51,728 nt of DNA from Pseudomonadota bacterium (GTDB taxonomy: Bacteria; Pseudomonadota; Gammaproteobacteria; Ga0077536). The stretch is from positions 1 through 51,728 of the forward strand of contig JAYTEX010000089.1 of NCBI GenBank assembly GCA_043734785.1. Direction: 5' to 3'. Below the pieces are notes generated by a model. That model saw only the letters and a list, made by a program, of their open reading frames with translations, was not told the DNA's origin and made no database searches. The position numbers were made by a program, and so were the translations under genes. Positions 9,080 through 17,973 of the stretch are shown here, one piece after another; position 1 is the first letter of the stretch; the number at the start of each line of letters is the position of its first letter.

Positions 9080-9655
9080 ATGTCCAAACCTCCGCGCCTT
9101 CTAGCGTTTGCCGGCAGCCTGCGCTCTGGCTCTTTCAACCGCGTGTTGATTCAAGCGCTAGTGGTGGCTGGCCGGGAAGCCGGGGCGGAAGTGGATCTGA
9201 TTGACCTGCGCGATTATTCGCTACCGCTGTATGACGGCGATATCGAAGCATTGGCGATGCCGGATACCGTACGGGCTCTGCAGGGGATGTTCGCGCACGG
9301 GGATGGGTTCCTGATTGCCACGCCTGAGTACAACGGCGCGAGTCCAGCCCTCATCAAGAATACCCTGGACTGGATTTCCCGGCCGCTTGCCGATGGGAAG
9401 TCGGGTACGACGTTGTTCCGCGGCAAGATCGCCGGTATTTGCTCGGCGTCCCCCGGGCCAATGGGTGGGCTCCGGGCGTTGATTACATTGCGCGATGCAT
9501 TGTCCAAATTCGGCCTTTGGGTCGCACCCACTCAAGTCGCGATCGGTCGTGCGGATACCGCGTTCGATGCCAACGGCGTATTGGTCGACGCGGGTTTTAG
9601 GATTTCGATCAATGCCATTGCGGCGGAGGTCACTAATGCGGTGAGCGCGCGCTAA
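9080..9655 (+). CDS. NADPH-dependent FMN reductase (flavodoxin-like)
   Basis: AGSLRSGSFN, LPLYDGD, ATPEYNG, KNTLDWISR, SASPG.MGG. Confidence 0.93.
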   Translation: MSKPPRLLAFAGSLRSGSFNRVLIQALVVAGREAGAEVDLIDLRDYSLPLYDGDIEALAMPDTVRALQGMFAHGDGFLIATPEYNGASPALIKNTLDWISRPLADGKSGTTLFRGKIAGICSASPGPMGGLRALITLRDALSKFGLWVAPTQVAIGRADTAFDANGVLVDAGFRISINAIAAEVTNAVSAR

Positions 9656-9706
9656 GCGCAGGTGGTGTGGGTATCCAGGAAAAACATTATCAGCAGGAGA
9701 AGCATC

Positions 9707-10240
9707 ATGCGAATCACCCAAGCTCTTGTCGCAGGCTTGACCTTTTTCATCATCAGCTACGGCACTGTGACTCTGGCGGCGCCAGAATCGATCATTGCAA
9801 CACCGCGCAATGACCAGCAACGCGAAATTCTCAAGGTGATTCAGCACTGGCAAGAAACTTACAACACTGATGTGGAGAAAATGATCCTTGATTGCTACGC
9901 ACCGGATGCCGATGTCTATTTCACCGGCGCCTCGGCGCATGGACACGCGCAGTTTATCCGTCTCGAAAAGGCCATCGTCGACGCGGCGCCAGGTCGCAAG
10001 ATGCGTATCGATAGGGTGCTCTTTGCCGGCGACGACATCGCGATCGTCGAGGCCGTGGTACTGGATAGCGCACGTCCCGACTATTTCTCGCCATGGTGCG
10101 CGATCTTGACATTCCGCAATGGCAAGATCGTGCAGGACCGAACGTATCTCGATCCTGCCCGATGGCCGGGAATTGAAGCCGCAAAAGGCATCCCGACACC
10201 AGGTGGACTCGGCATGACCGCGAAGCCCGGTAAGCCCTGA
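9707..10240 (+). CDS. SnoaL/NTF2-like protein with signal peptide
   Basis: AGGAG SD; hydrophobic leader; YAPDA, GDDIAIVE, LTFRNGKIVQDRTYLD motifs. Confidence 0.8.
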   Translation: MRITQALVAGLTFFIISYGTVTLAAPESIIATPRNDQQREILKVIQHWQETYNTDVEKMILDCYAPDADVYFTGASAHGHAQFIRLEKAIVDAAPGRKMRIDRVLFAGDDIAIVEAVVLDSARPDYFSPWCAILTFRNGKIVQDRTYLDPARWPGIEAAKGIPTPGGLGMTAKPGKP

Positions 10241-10270
10241 TGCACCCAAACCTGATGCACCCAAACCTGA
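10236..10270. repeat. 15-bp tandem repeat CCTGATGCACCCAAA x2.3
   Basis: 10236-10250, 10251-10265, partial 10266-10270; overlaps the SnoaL stop codon. Confidence 0.9.
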
Positions 10271-10515
10271 GGCACGCGACGGCTTCGGGGTCGGTTAGTT
10301 GCGCAGCGGGCCAGACTGACCTGAATGCGTTCCAGATAGCGGCGTAGGGTTTTGCTCTCGGCCGCGCTGAAATCGATCAGCGCAGCCGCATTCACCTCTG
10401 GCGCGTAAGTCAACAATGTGCGCTCGATACGCTTGCCAGTCGGCGTCAGATGGACGTGCATTTTGCGTCGATCGGTCGGTGAGCGACGACGCTCGATCAA
10501 AGTCTGCAAGCCGCG
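10271..10515 (-). pseudogene. MarR-family regulator, C-terminal half only
   Basis: LIERRRSPTDRRKMHVHLTPTG wing motif and FSAAE...LRRYL helix; HTH half absent upstream; frame reads through antisense into the SnoaL gene. Confidence 0.75.
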
Positions 10516-10699
10516 TCGATGCGCTATTGATCGTGACCCCGGACTACCTTCGCCCGTACTCGTCGAGTACTACGTCGGGCTGGAAGATCTGAGATATCCG
10601 ATGTTGATGCTGGGCGCCGGTCGAGCGGCGCTGTGACCAGGTGCTCGTGGACGCGGGCCTGTTGTCATTCAGCGCGGCCGGTACCGGTCGCGGCGCAGA

Positions 10700-11317
10700 T
10701 TACTGCGGCCGGATTAACTCGAAAATTTCGCCAAGCGTGCCATAGTTCATATACCCGAGGCGGGTCACCGGTTGCATGCGTCGCTCATCGACCCGGCCAT
10801 CGAGGATCACCTCATCCGCAATGTACACACCAACCACTTCACCGATGACCACGTGACTCTCACGTCCATCTTCGCTAGGGGGCAGATGGACGACCTGAAA
10901 GACCCGGCATTCCAGCGCGGCCTTGGCGCTGGCGACGCGCGGCGGACCTACGAGTTGCGAGCGTACGGTGGTGATACCACACGCGGCGAACTCATCGACC
11001 TCGGGCGGGAACGGTGCTGAGCTGGCGTTCATGGCGGCGGCATCGTGTTCGCCCACCAGATTAACCACGAACTCCGGCACCTCACAGATATTGCGATAGG
11101 TGTCCTTGCTGGTGCCGGGTTGCGCCGCGTTCGGCGCGAACATCACATAGGGTGGATCCGCGCAGACAGCGTTGAAATAGGAGTAGGGCGCCAGATTGAG
11201 CACGCCGTTGGCGCTCTGCGAACTGATCCAGCCGATGGGTCGCGGCATCACCAGTGCATTGATCGGATTATGCGTCAGCGGAGCGGGTCGTAAGCCGTCG
11301 GCGATTGAAAAATACAT
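10700..11317 (-). CDS. Flavin reductase-like protein (split-barrel FMN-binding, DIM6/NTAB family)
   Basis: PRPIGWISS, NLAPYSYFN, KDTYRNI, EFVVNLV, ALECRV, VIGEVV, RLGY. Confidence 0.9.
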   Translation of the reverse strand: MYFSIADGLRPAPLTHNPINALVMPRPIGWISSQSANGVLNLAPYSYFNAVCADPPYVMFAPNAAQPGTSKDTYRNICEVPEFVVNLVGEHDAAAMNASSAPFPPEVDEFAACGITTVRSQLVGPPRVASAKAALECRVFQVVHLPPSEDGRESHVVIGEVVGVYIADEVILDGRVDERRMQPVTRLGYMNYGTLGEIFELIRPQ

Positions 11318-11465
11318 GAGGGTTTCCAGTGTCTGCGCTGTGGTCGAATCGGGGAGTCGCGTACGATAGGTGCGCGGATGGGAAGGTGTCAAACCGAGTA
11401 ATAGGCGGCGCGTGAAGGCCCGCACGCGATGGTCGGTGCACGCAACGCCGCTTAAGGAGGAACTC

Positions 11466-12140
11466 ATGCTAGCAGGGTCATGGCGCCGCTGGGTGCCGCG
11501 CGATCGTTACGGGTGGTTATTGACGTTGGGCGTGGTGGCCCTGGGCCACGCGGCGCAAGCAAACGACATCGATCTCCCGGAGATATCGCTCGTCGAATCC
11601 GCGACCGTGGCGGAAATACCATCGCCCGCGCTCGGCGAAGTGCGCGAGTTTGTGGGGCCGATCGCGACCATCAACTGCAGCCGGTGGGAGATCGTCGAGT
11701 CCGACGTCGAGGATGCGCTCGTCAGCCAGTGCGAGCACTACAAGATGTATTTCAAACGCAGCGAGCAGTTCAACCTGTACAAAATCACGGCGGCCAAGGA
11801 TGCGCTGACGTTTGAATTCACGCCGGCTTATCCGGGGATTCAGTTCCCGCTCGCAGTCGGCAAGCACTGGCGTAAGTCTTATGTGGGGCATTCTGCCCTC
11901 GAGGACGTCACTTGGGACGGGGATGTGAGTTGCGAGGTTGCGGATTTCGCGCAAGTCGCAGTCGCCGCAGGTGTTTTCAAAGCCTTTCGGATCGAGTGCC
12001 GCGATCACTGGAAAGTCGGGGACGTGGAGAGCAGCGTGACTTCCACCACGTGGTACGCGCCGGAAATCGCAGGGGTGGTGAAATCAGTGAACTATGAAGA
12101 TGCGCGCTGGAACACCGAACTGAAAGCGTATTCGCGTTGA
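11466..12140 (+). CDS. Exported hypothetical protein (beta-rich, Cys-containing)
   Basis: AAGGAGG SD; signal-like segment ending AQA; V.VAAGVFKAFRI and WYAPEIAGVVK motifs. Confidence 0.7.
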   Translation: MLAGSWRRWVPRDRYGWLLTLGVVALGHAAQANDIDLPEISLVESATVAEIPSPALGEVREFVGPIATINCSRWEIVESDVEDALVSQCEHYKMYFKRSEQFNLYKITAAKDALTFEFTPAYPGIQFPLAVGKHWRKSYVGHSALEDVTWDGDVSCEVADFAQVAVAAGVFKAFRIECRDHWKVGDVESSVTSTTWYAPEIAGVVKSVNYEDARWNTELKAYSR

Positions 12141-12141
12141 A

Positions 12142-13788
12142 TTGCCGAAACGCCACGCGCACCCGATTGGAGGGCCGGTGGTGACCACGCGCCAATGGTA
12201 CGGCGCCTGCGCTGTGCTGTGCGCGTTGAGTCTGTTTGCCGGTCTGGTCTGTATGGGCAGCGTGCCCCTTGATTCGCACGAAATTTTTGTCGCCCAAACC
12301 ACCCGCGAAATGAGTCAAAGGGGTGATTGGGTGGTGCCCTATTTCAACGGCGAGCCGCGCTTGAATAAACCGCCGTTGAGTTACTGGGCGGCCGGCGCGG
12401 TCGCTTGGCTGGCGGGCGATCTGCCGGAAGTCGCCGCCTGGCATGTGCGGCTGGTGTCGGTGTTGGCGGGACTTGGCGTGCTGGTGGGTACGTTGGGCAT
12501 CGGCGCTATCGTCTTTGATCGGATGACCGCCATCGTCGCCGGCGGATTACTGGTGAGCAGCGCTGGATTCTTCAGTTTTATGCACGATGCGCGTCCAGAC
12601 TTGCTCTACGCGATGTGGACTACGGCGATGCTCGCGAGCGTCGCCTGGCTGGTGTTCCGTGCGGGTGCACCGGGCACCACGCAGTGGGGTGGTGTGGTTG
12701 CTTTATGGATCGCCTTCGCGGGTGCGACCCTGACCAAAGGTCCGCAGCTGCCAGGCTTGGCCTTGCTCGGCAGCGTGCTATACCTGTGGCAATCGCGAGG
12801 TAACTGGCGCGCGGTAAACCAGACGTTGCAGCCGCTGGCCGGGATCGCTATCGTGAGCGCGATGTGTCTGCCGTGGTGGTGGACTTTGAGCGCGCGACTC
12901 GAGGCGGTGCGGGTTGAAGCCAGTCAACTCGGCGGCACGTTGCTGACCCCCGCGTTATCACGACTTGGCGATCCCTACTACTTTTATCGCCCGCTCCAAT
13001 TATTGCTGCCCTGGTTACCTTTCGCGTTGCTCGCAGTCGGCGTACTGCTGTGGCACAAAGGCACGCGTTCGCGGGTCGGTTTTATGCTTTACCCGCTGCT
13101 CATCGCAAGCCTGGGATTGAGTCTGGGGCGCCAGTATCGTTATTTTTATTTACTGCCGCTGCTGGGCCTCATAGTACTCACGATTGCACGCCCTCTGGTG
13201 TCAGTGATAGGCCAACGCGCAGTGCCTCATTGGCTAGTCAATCTCACGTTGTTTGCCCAGGCCGGTCTGCTTATCGCGTGCGTGGTCTGGGTCGTTCAAC
13301 ACGCGGGAAACGCGCTGCCCGGCGTGCTGGCCTGCCTGCTGGGGGGTGCCATCATCGCTGGGCTCGGCCTGTGGAGGATGCCGTTTGATCGTTCCTTGAG
13401 CCGCGTGATCGCACTCACGCTGCTGATGGCGTTCATCTGGCCGGCGGCGGCTCTTACGGGCGCGTTATGGGACCGCGAACGTTATGGCAGCCATCGACAG
13501 GCGGCCCTCGCGCAACGCGAGCTCGATCCGACAACGCCGCTGGTGACCCTCGGCGTGAGCCCCACTGTGTATGTGTACTACAGCGCGCGCGCGGTACCCG
13601 AAGTGTCAGCAGTGGCGGCCCTGGAGCCTGTCCTGCGCGCCAGTCAGTCCAGAACCCTGGGCCTTGTCACCCGCGAGCAGCACCTGTCAGCAGTGGCCGC
13701 GCTCTATAAAATTGAAATTCTCGATCGCTACCGACGCGGCGACATGGATGATGTGCTCCTGGTCTTGCGCCCCTTACGCACACCATGA
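12142..13788 (+). CDS. ArnT/PMT-family (GT-C) membrane glycosyltransferase
   Basis: DSHE, REMSQRGDWVVPYFNGEPRLNKPPLSYW, ARPD, LTKGP, YLLPL motifs; many hydrophobic segments. Confidence 0.88.
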   Translation: MPKRHAHPIGGPVVTTRQWYGACAVLCALSLFAGLVCMGSVPLDSHEIFVAQTTREMSQRGDWVVPYFNGEPRLNKPPLSYWAAGAVAWLAGDLPEVAAWHVRLVSVLAGLGVLVGTLGIGAIVFDRMTAIVAGGLLVSSAGFFSFMHDARPDLLYAMWTTAMLASVAWLVFRAGAPGTTQWGGVVALWIAFAGATLTKGPQLPGLALLGSVLYLWQSRGNWRAVNQTLQPLAGIAIVSAMCLPWWWTLSARLEAVRVEASQLGGTLLTPALSRLGDPYYFYRPLQLLLPWLPFALLAVGVLLWHKGTRSRVGFMLYPLLIASLGLSLGRQYRYFYLLPLLGLIVLTIARPLVSVIGQRAVPHWLVNLTLFAQAGLLIACVVWVVQHAGNALPGVLACLLGGAIIAGLGLWRMPFDRSLSRVIALTLLMAFIWPAAALTGALWDRERYGSHRQAALAQRELDPTTPLVTLGVSPTVYVYYSARAVPEVSAVAALEPVLRASQSRTLGLVTREQHLSAVAALYKIEILDRYRRGDMDDVLLVLRPLRTP

Positions 13789-13870
13789 GCCGCGCTTATC
13801 CGGGATCCACGATGCGGTCCTGATGATCCTGGGTGACGAGCACGCGCATCAGTGGCCAGTGGACCGAAGC

Positions 13871-14479
13871 TTACTTGATCATCCCCTCAGCCTGCATGGC
13901 CTCCTGCACGCGAGGCCGCGCGGCGATCCGCTCCCGGTAAGTTTTCAGGGTCGGCCATTGCGCGAGATCAAGCCCGACGAAACCCATCCAGCCGATGGTG
14001 GTGAACAGGTAGGCGTCGGCGACTGTGAACTGCTCGCCCATCAGGTATTGCTTGTTGCCGAGTTGCTCGGTAATCCAGGTGTAGCGATCGGTCAGGCGCT
14101 GTTTTTGCCAGACTTTGAATTCGTCATTGGCGACCGGGTTGAACAGCGGTGAATACCCTTTGTGAATTTCGGTGCTGAGGAAATTCAGCCAGGACTGAAG
14201 TTTCGCGCGTTCGACCGTGCCCGCTGCCGGTGCGAGGCGTGCGGCCGGCTTCTGATCTGCAATGTATTGCACGATTGCCGGGCCTTCGGTCATGCGTTCG
14301 CCGTTGTCGAGTTCGAGCAGCGGCACATAGCCGTTGGGGTTGATCTTGAGGTAATCGCTACCGTCTTCCAGGGTGTGGGCTTTAATGTCCACTTTCACAA
14401 GGTCGACAGGAATACCCGCTTCGCGCAGGCAGATATGGGGCGATAGTGAACACACGCCGGGGGAGTAATAGAGTTTCAT
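13871..14479 (-). CDS. gstA: Glutathione S-transferase (GstA/beta class)
   Basis: MKLYYSPGVCSLSPHI, INPNGYVP, EGPAIVQYIAD, TEIHK, FTVADAYLF, ARPRVQEAMQAEG. Confidence 0.92.
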   Translation of the reverse strand: MKLYYSPGVCSLSPHICLREAGIPVDLVKVDIKAHTLEDGSDYLKINPNGYVPLLELDNGERMTEGPAIVQYIADQKPAARLAPAAGTVERAKLQSWLNFLSTEIHKGYSPLFNPVANDEFKVWQKQRLTDRYTWITEQLGNKQYLMGEQFTVADAYLFTTIGWMGFVGLDLAQWPTLKTYRERIAARPRVQEAMQAEGMIK

Positions 14480-14645
14480 CGGTCCGCCTTGAAGTTCATG
14501 CCAGTTTTTGGACGCGGTAGTCGGTGCGCCGTGCGTGGAGTCTAATGTGAATTAGCGTGGATTGTGAGGTGCGATTTAACCATAAACCATCGTGCCTGCC
14601 ATCCGGGACTGCCCGGTAGGAAGACGCCGATGTTCGGCAGGATGA

Positions 14646-15068
14646 TCATCGCGCGTGAGCGCATTCCCCTTCGCGCACCGCTGCCACGTGCTGCGTGAAG
14701 GTCATGTTCTTGCCACCCATTTTCACCGCCAGATGGCCAACGACCTCCGCGCCTTGCTGCGTCAACTCGATTGTGCCGGTGGCGACACGCGCGCTCTGAC
14801 ACACCAACACGTACTGGAACGACGCCCCACGCGCTTCGCCATAGCCGAATGTACAGCCCCGTAAGGCGGGTTGCCGCATGACCGGAAACAGCGTGAGTGG
14901 ATCGTCCTGTCGTATGCACCGGGTTTCGCGCGCGGTGATGCGACGCATCTCCTCCAGATGCGGCATCACCATGTTCGAGCGGATGGCATACTCTCCAGCC
15001 GCGAGCGGAAAATCGGAGGCCGCCTTGGCGCATCCCAACGGGCCGAGGCACCAGACGGCAAACAGCAT
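14646..15068 (-). CDS. Exported DUF3617-like protein; start uncertain
   Basis: Signal-like N-terminus, LAAGEYAI, four spaced Cys ending R.GEC. Confidence 0.6.
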   Translation of the reverse strand: MLFAVWCLGPLGCAKAASDFPLAAGEYAIRSNMVMPHLEEMRRITARETRCIRQDDPLTLFPVMRQPALRGCTFGYGEARGASFQYVLVCQSARVATGTIELTQQGAEVVGHLAVKMGGKNMTFTQHVAAVREGECAHAR

Positions 15069-15399
15069 CAATGACCGGCGGCGCAGGCCAATGCAGGTAG
15101 GCGAGGCGCGCGCGCGGTCACGGCGCTGGCGGCGAGTGATTTCGACCAATTCGGGCCTTATCAAGGGTGCCTCCGAGACGTTTCGAGAGGAAATTATTCA
15201 GGTGCGACACGATACGTGACCGATTGCGCGCTGGCACGCCACTTCTTGCGCTTGAATTCGAGGGTGACTCGCGCCTAACGTAGACGCCATGCCGGTATTC
15301 ATCGACAGACCGACTTCTTTGGCCCGGCGCGCTTACGTGCGGCTGATCTCGGCCGGTTTGCTGATGACGATGGTTAAACCTCACTGTGCGGAGGCGGTC

Positions 15400-16335
15400 A
15401 TGGTGCATTTATTCGCGGATCCCAGGCTCGGTGGCTATGGCTTTGGGGATGGGCACCCGCTCGGGATCGATCGACAGGGCGCATTTCTCGCGGAGGCGAC
15501 GGCACAAGCGCTGACCACGCGCACGGTGATGAGGCCAAGTCGTGTGGCGAGCGTGGCGGAACTCGTGCGCTTTCATACCCGCGAATACGTCGATTTTGTG
15601 GCCACCGCCGAAGCCCACGGTCGTCGCCTGCTCGATGACGGCGACACCCCGGTATTTCCCAATCTGTATGAAGCCAGCGCCAGGGTCGTCGGTTCGGCAC
15701 TCGACGGGTTGGCCGATGTGATGGAAGCCCGCTGTGCGCGGACCTTGCAGCCGATCGGGGGCCTGCATCACGCGGCGCGCGATCACGCAGCCGGCTTCTG
15801 CGTGTTCAACGATCTTGGCGTGGTGATCGACACCTTGCGCACCGAATATGGGATACAGCGCGTGGCCTATGTTGATATCGACGCCCATCACGGCGACGGC
15901 GTGTTCTACGCATTCGAAGCCGATCCCGAGTTAATCTTCGCCGACCTTCACCAGGATAGCCGCACCCTATATCCCGGCAGCGGTCGTGAAGCGGAAACGG
16001 GTCGCGGCGCCGCCATGGGCACCAAACTCAATATCGAGATGCCCCCCGGTGCGGGCGACGCGGCGTTCATGCAGGCGTGGACGCGCGTGGAAGCGCATCT
16101 GGAAAAATTCCCCCCCGAGTTCATCGTTTTTCAATGCGGCGCAGACAGCTTGCGGGGAGATCCGCTCGCGCAACTCACCTATACCCCAGCCGCGCATGCA
16201 CATGCGACCCAACGCTTGTGCATGCTGGCGGAGCGCTATGCGCACGGGCGCCTGATGGCGTTCGGGGGCGGGGGCTACGATCGCGGCAATCTCGGTCGTG
16301 CCTGGAGCGCCGTGTTACGCGAATTACTGGGTTGA
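15400..16335 (+). CDS. Histone deacetylase / AcuC-family Zn-dependent deacetylase
   Basis: GGLHHA, GFCVFND, DIDAHHGDGV, QCGADSLRGDPL, GGGGY all intact. Confidence 0.93.
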   Translation: MVHLFADPRLGGYGFGDGHPLGIDRQGAFLAEATAQALTTRTVMRPSRVASVAELVRFHTREYVDFVATAEAHGRRLLDDGDTPVFPNLYEASARVVGSALDGLADVMEARCARTLQPIGGLHHAARDHAAGFCVFNDLGVVIDTLRTEYGIQRVAYVDIDAHHGDGVFYAFEADPELIFADLHQDSRTLYPGSGREAETGRGAAMGTKLNIEMPPGAGDAAFMQAWTRVEAHLEKFPPEFIVFQCGADSLRGDPLAQLTYTPAAHAHATQRLCMLAERYAHGRLMAFGGGGYDRGNLGRAWSAVLRELLG

Positions 16336-16618
16336 CCGGCGGCGCTCAAAAGGATCCGCGCCGCCGGCCGTTCGAGTAACGGCCGGCATTTCAAAAGCTA
16401 TTCAACAGCGCGTCCCGACAGCACGAGGACAGGCATCAGCCAGCGTTTTTATTTGATCGACCGTGCAAGGCTTATCCGTTATTGGATATCCATCACGCGA
16501 TCGATGAGCAGCATAAGGGGCTCTGCATCAAACCGGTCCTGGTGCCCTGAGCGTCGTTGGTAAAGGGCGGATAGTCGGTCATACGCCCCTCGAATAAGTC
16601 GCGCATGGCGTGCGTGGG

Positions 16619-17710
16619 TCAATCGAAAGTCAGTACCGTGCGAGTGACTTCGCCCGCTGTCATCGCGCGAAAGGCTTCATCGATACGTTCCAGTGGCTGG
16701 TGCCGGGTTACCATTGCGTCGAGATCGAGGCGACCCTGGCGATAAAATTCGAGATAGCGAGGCGCATCAATCGTGAAACGGTTCGACCCCATCATGCAGC
16801 CCATGACGCGCTTTTCGAGAAAGAAATGCGCGGCGTTCAACGTGACGACCTCGCCATGCGGAATGGCGCCGACGAGTACGGCTGTGCCGCGCGGCGCGAG
16901 GCAGTAGAACGCCTGCTCAAGCAACTTGGGAACCCCGACCGCCTCGAAGGCATAGTCGGCCCCGCCACCGGTCATCTTGCGGATGGTCTTGACGGTATCG
17001 CCGGCCGCGGCGTTGATGACATCGGTTGCGCCGAACTTGCGTGCACTCGCTAGCTTTTCGTCCAGCAGATCGACCGCAATGATTTGCCTCGCGCCTGCAA
17101 TCCGCGCGCCCTGGATGACAGAAATGCCGACACCGCCGGCACCGAATACGACCACGCTCGATCCCGGCACGACCTGCGCCGTGTTGAGCGCCGCACCGAC
17201 TCCGGTCATGACCGCACACCCGACTAGGGCGGCGCGGTCCAGGGGAATATCCTTGTCGATCTTCACGACTGCGCGGTGATGTAGCAGCATCGCTTCCGCG
17301 AATGCACCGAGATCCGCGAACTGGTGGATGGTTTCTCCTGCACGCGAGATGCGTGGCGCATCATCCGCACCGCGGCGGTTGGCGCCGCGATCCGCGCACA
17401 AGTGGGGACGCCCTTGCACACATTGCGCACAGGCACCGCAGAACAGCGAGGTACAGGCAATCACGTGATCGCCAGGTCCGACATTGCGGACCTGACCGCC
17501 GACGGCGAGCACGATGCCGGCGGGCTCATGGCCCAGGATCGTTGGGCGTGGCGCGAGAATCCCGCCATGGAGGGCGTGCAAATCGCTATGACACACCCCG
17601 CAGGCCACGGTCTTAACGAGTACTTCCTCGGGACCAGGTTCCGCAAGTTCGACGTCTTCGATGCTGAGGGCTTGATGCGTCTCGCGAAAAACCGCTGCCT
17701 TGACCTTCAT
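16619..17710 (-). CDS. Zn-dependent alcohol dehydrogenase (MDR family)
   Basis: CGVCHSD, LGHEPAG, CGACAQC...C structural Zn site, GCAVMTG, GAGGVG. Confidence 0.93.
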   Translation of the reverse strand: MKVKAAVFRETHQALSIEDVELAEPGPEEVLVKTVACGVCHSDLHALHGGILAPRPTILGHEPAGIVLAVGGQVRNVGPGDHVIACTSLFCGACAQCVQGRPHLCADRGANRRGADDAPRISRAGETIHQFADLGAFAEAMLLHHRAVVKIDKDIPLDRAALVGCAVMTGVGAALNTAQVVPGSSVVVFGAGGVGISVIQGARIAGARQIIAVDLLDEKLASARKFGATDVINAAAGDTVKTIRKMTGGGADYAFEAVGVPKLLEQAFYCLAPRGTAVLVGAIPHGEVVTLNAAHFFLEKRVMGCMMGSNRFTIDAPRYLEFYRQGRLDLDAMVTRHQPLERIDEAFRAMTAGEVTRTVLTFD

Positions 17711-17973
17711 GGATGATGCTCCTTGGATACTGCCGCGCAGCGTCGGTAGGGGTTTGCAATGCGGATCTCCTGATGCTGAAGGGGGAGACTCGATTTGCGC
17801 CAGTTCGCGTGATTCACCGCTGACCTGGCGATGTTAAGGCACCACACCGCATTGAATCCAGCGTCAAGTAGCACGATGGCGCTAATGCCGCGAGCGCCCA
17901 CCAGCCGCGCAGCGCCGGATTCTCTGGGTGATGATGCGTCCATGACCGTGGCGGTTTTACGCGCGCCGCGTAA

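Noticed and set aside
9221-10264. Long antisense ORFs here and at e.g. 27515-28534, 31927-32802, 33126-34112, 38609-39493
   Set aside because: Shadow frames of well-supported genes on the other strand, common in GC-rich DNA; no motifs
10513-10545. Plus-strand RVDALLIVTPDY resembling the FMN-reductase TPEY motif
   Set aside because: Too short (about 12 codons) to distinguish from chance without a search
13815-13870. CTGATGA followed by a stem and CGAAG, resembling a hammerhead ribozyme core
   Set aside because: No GAAA directly after stem II, no G-C closing pair and no stem III/UH site
17403-17412. TGGGGACGCC matching the tRNA-Glu 3' end (possible second att copy)
   Set aside because: Only 10 bp and inside the intact ADH coding sequence; expected by chance
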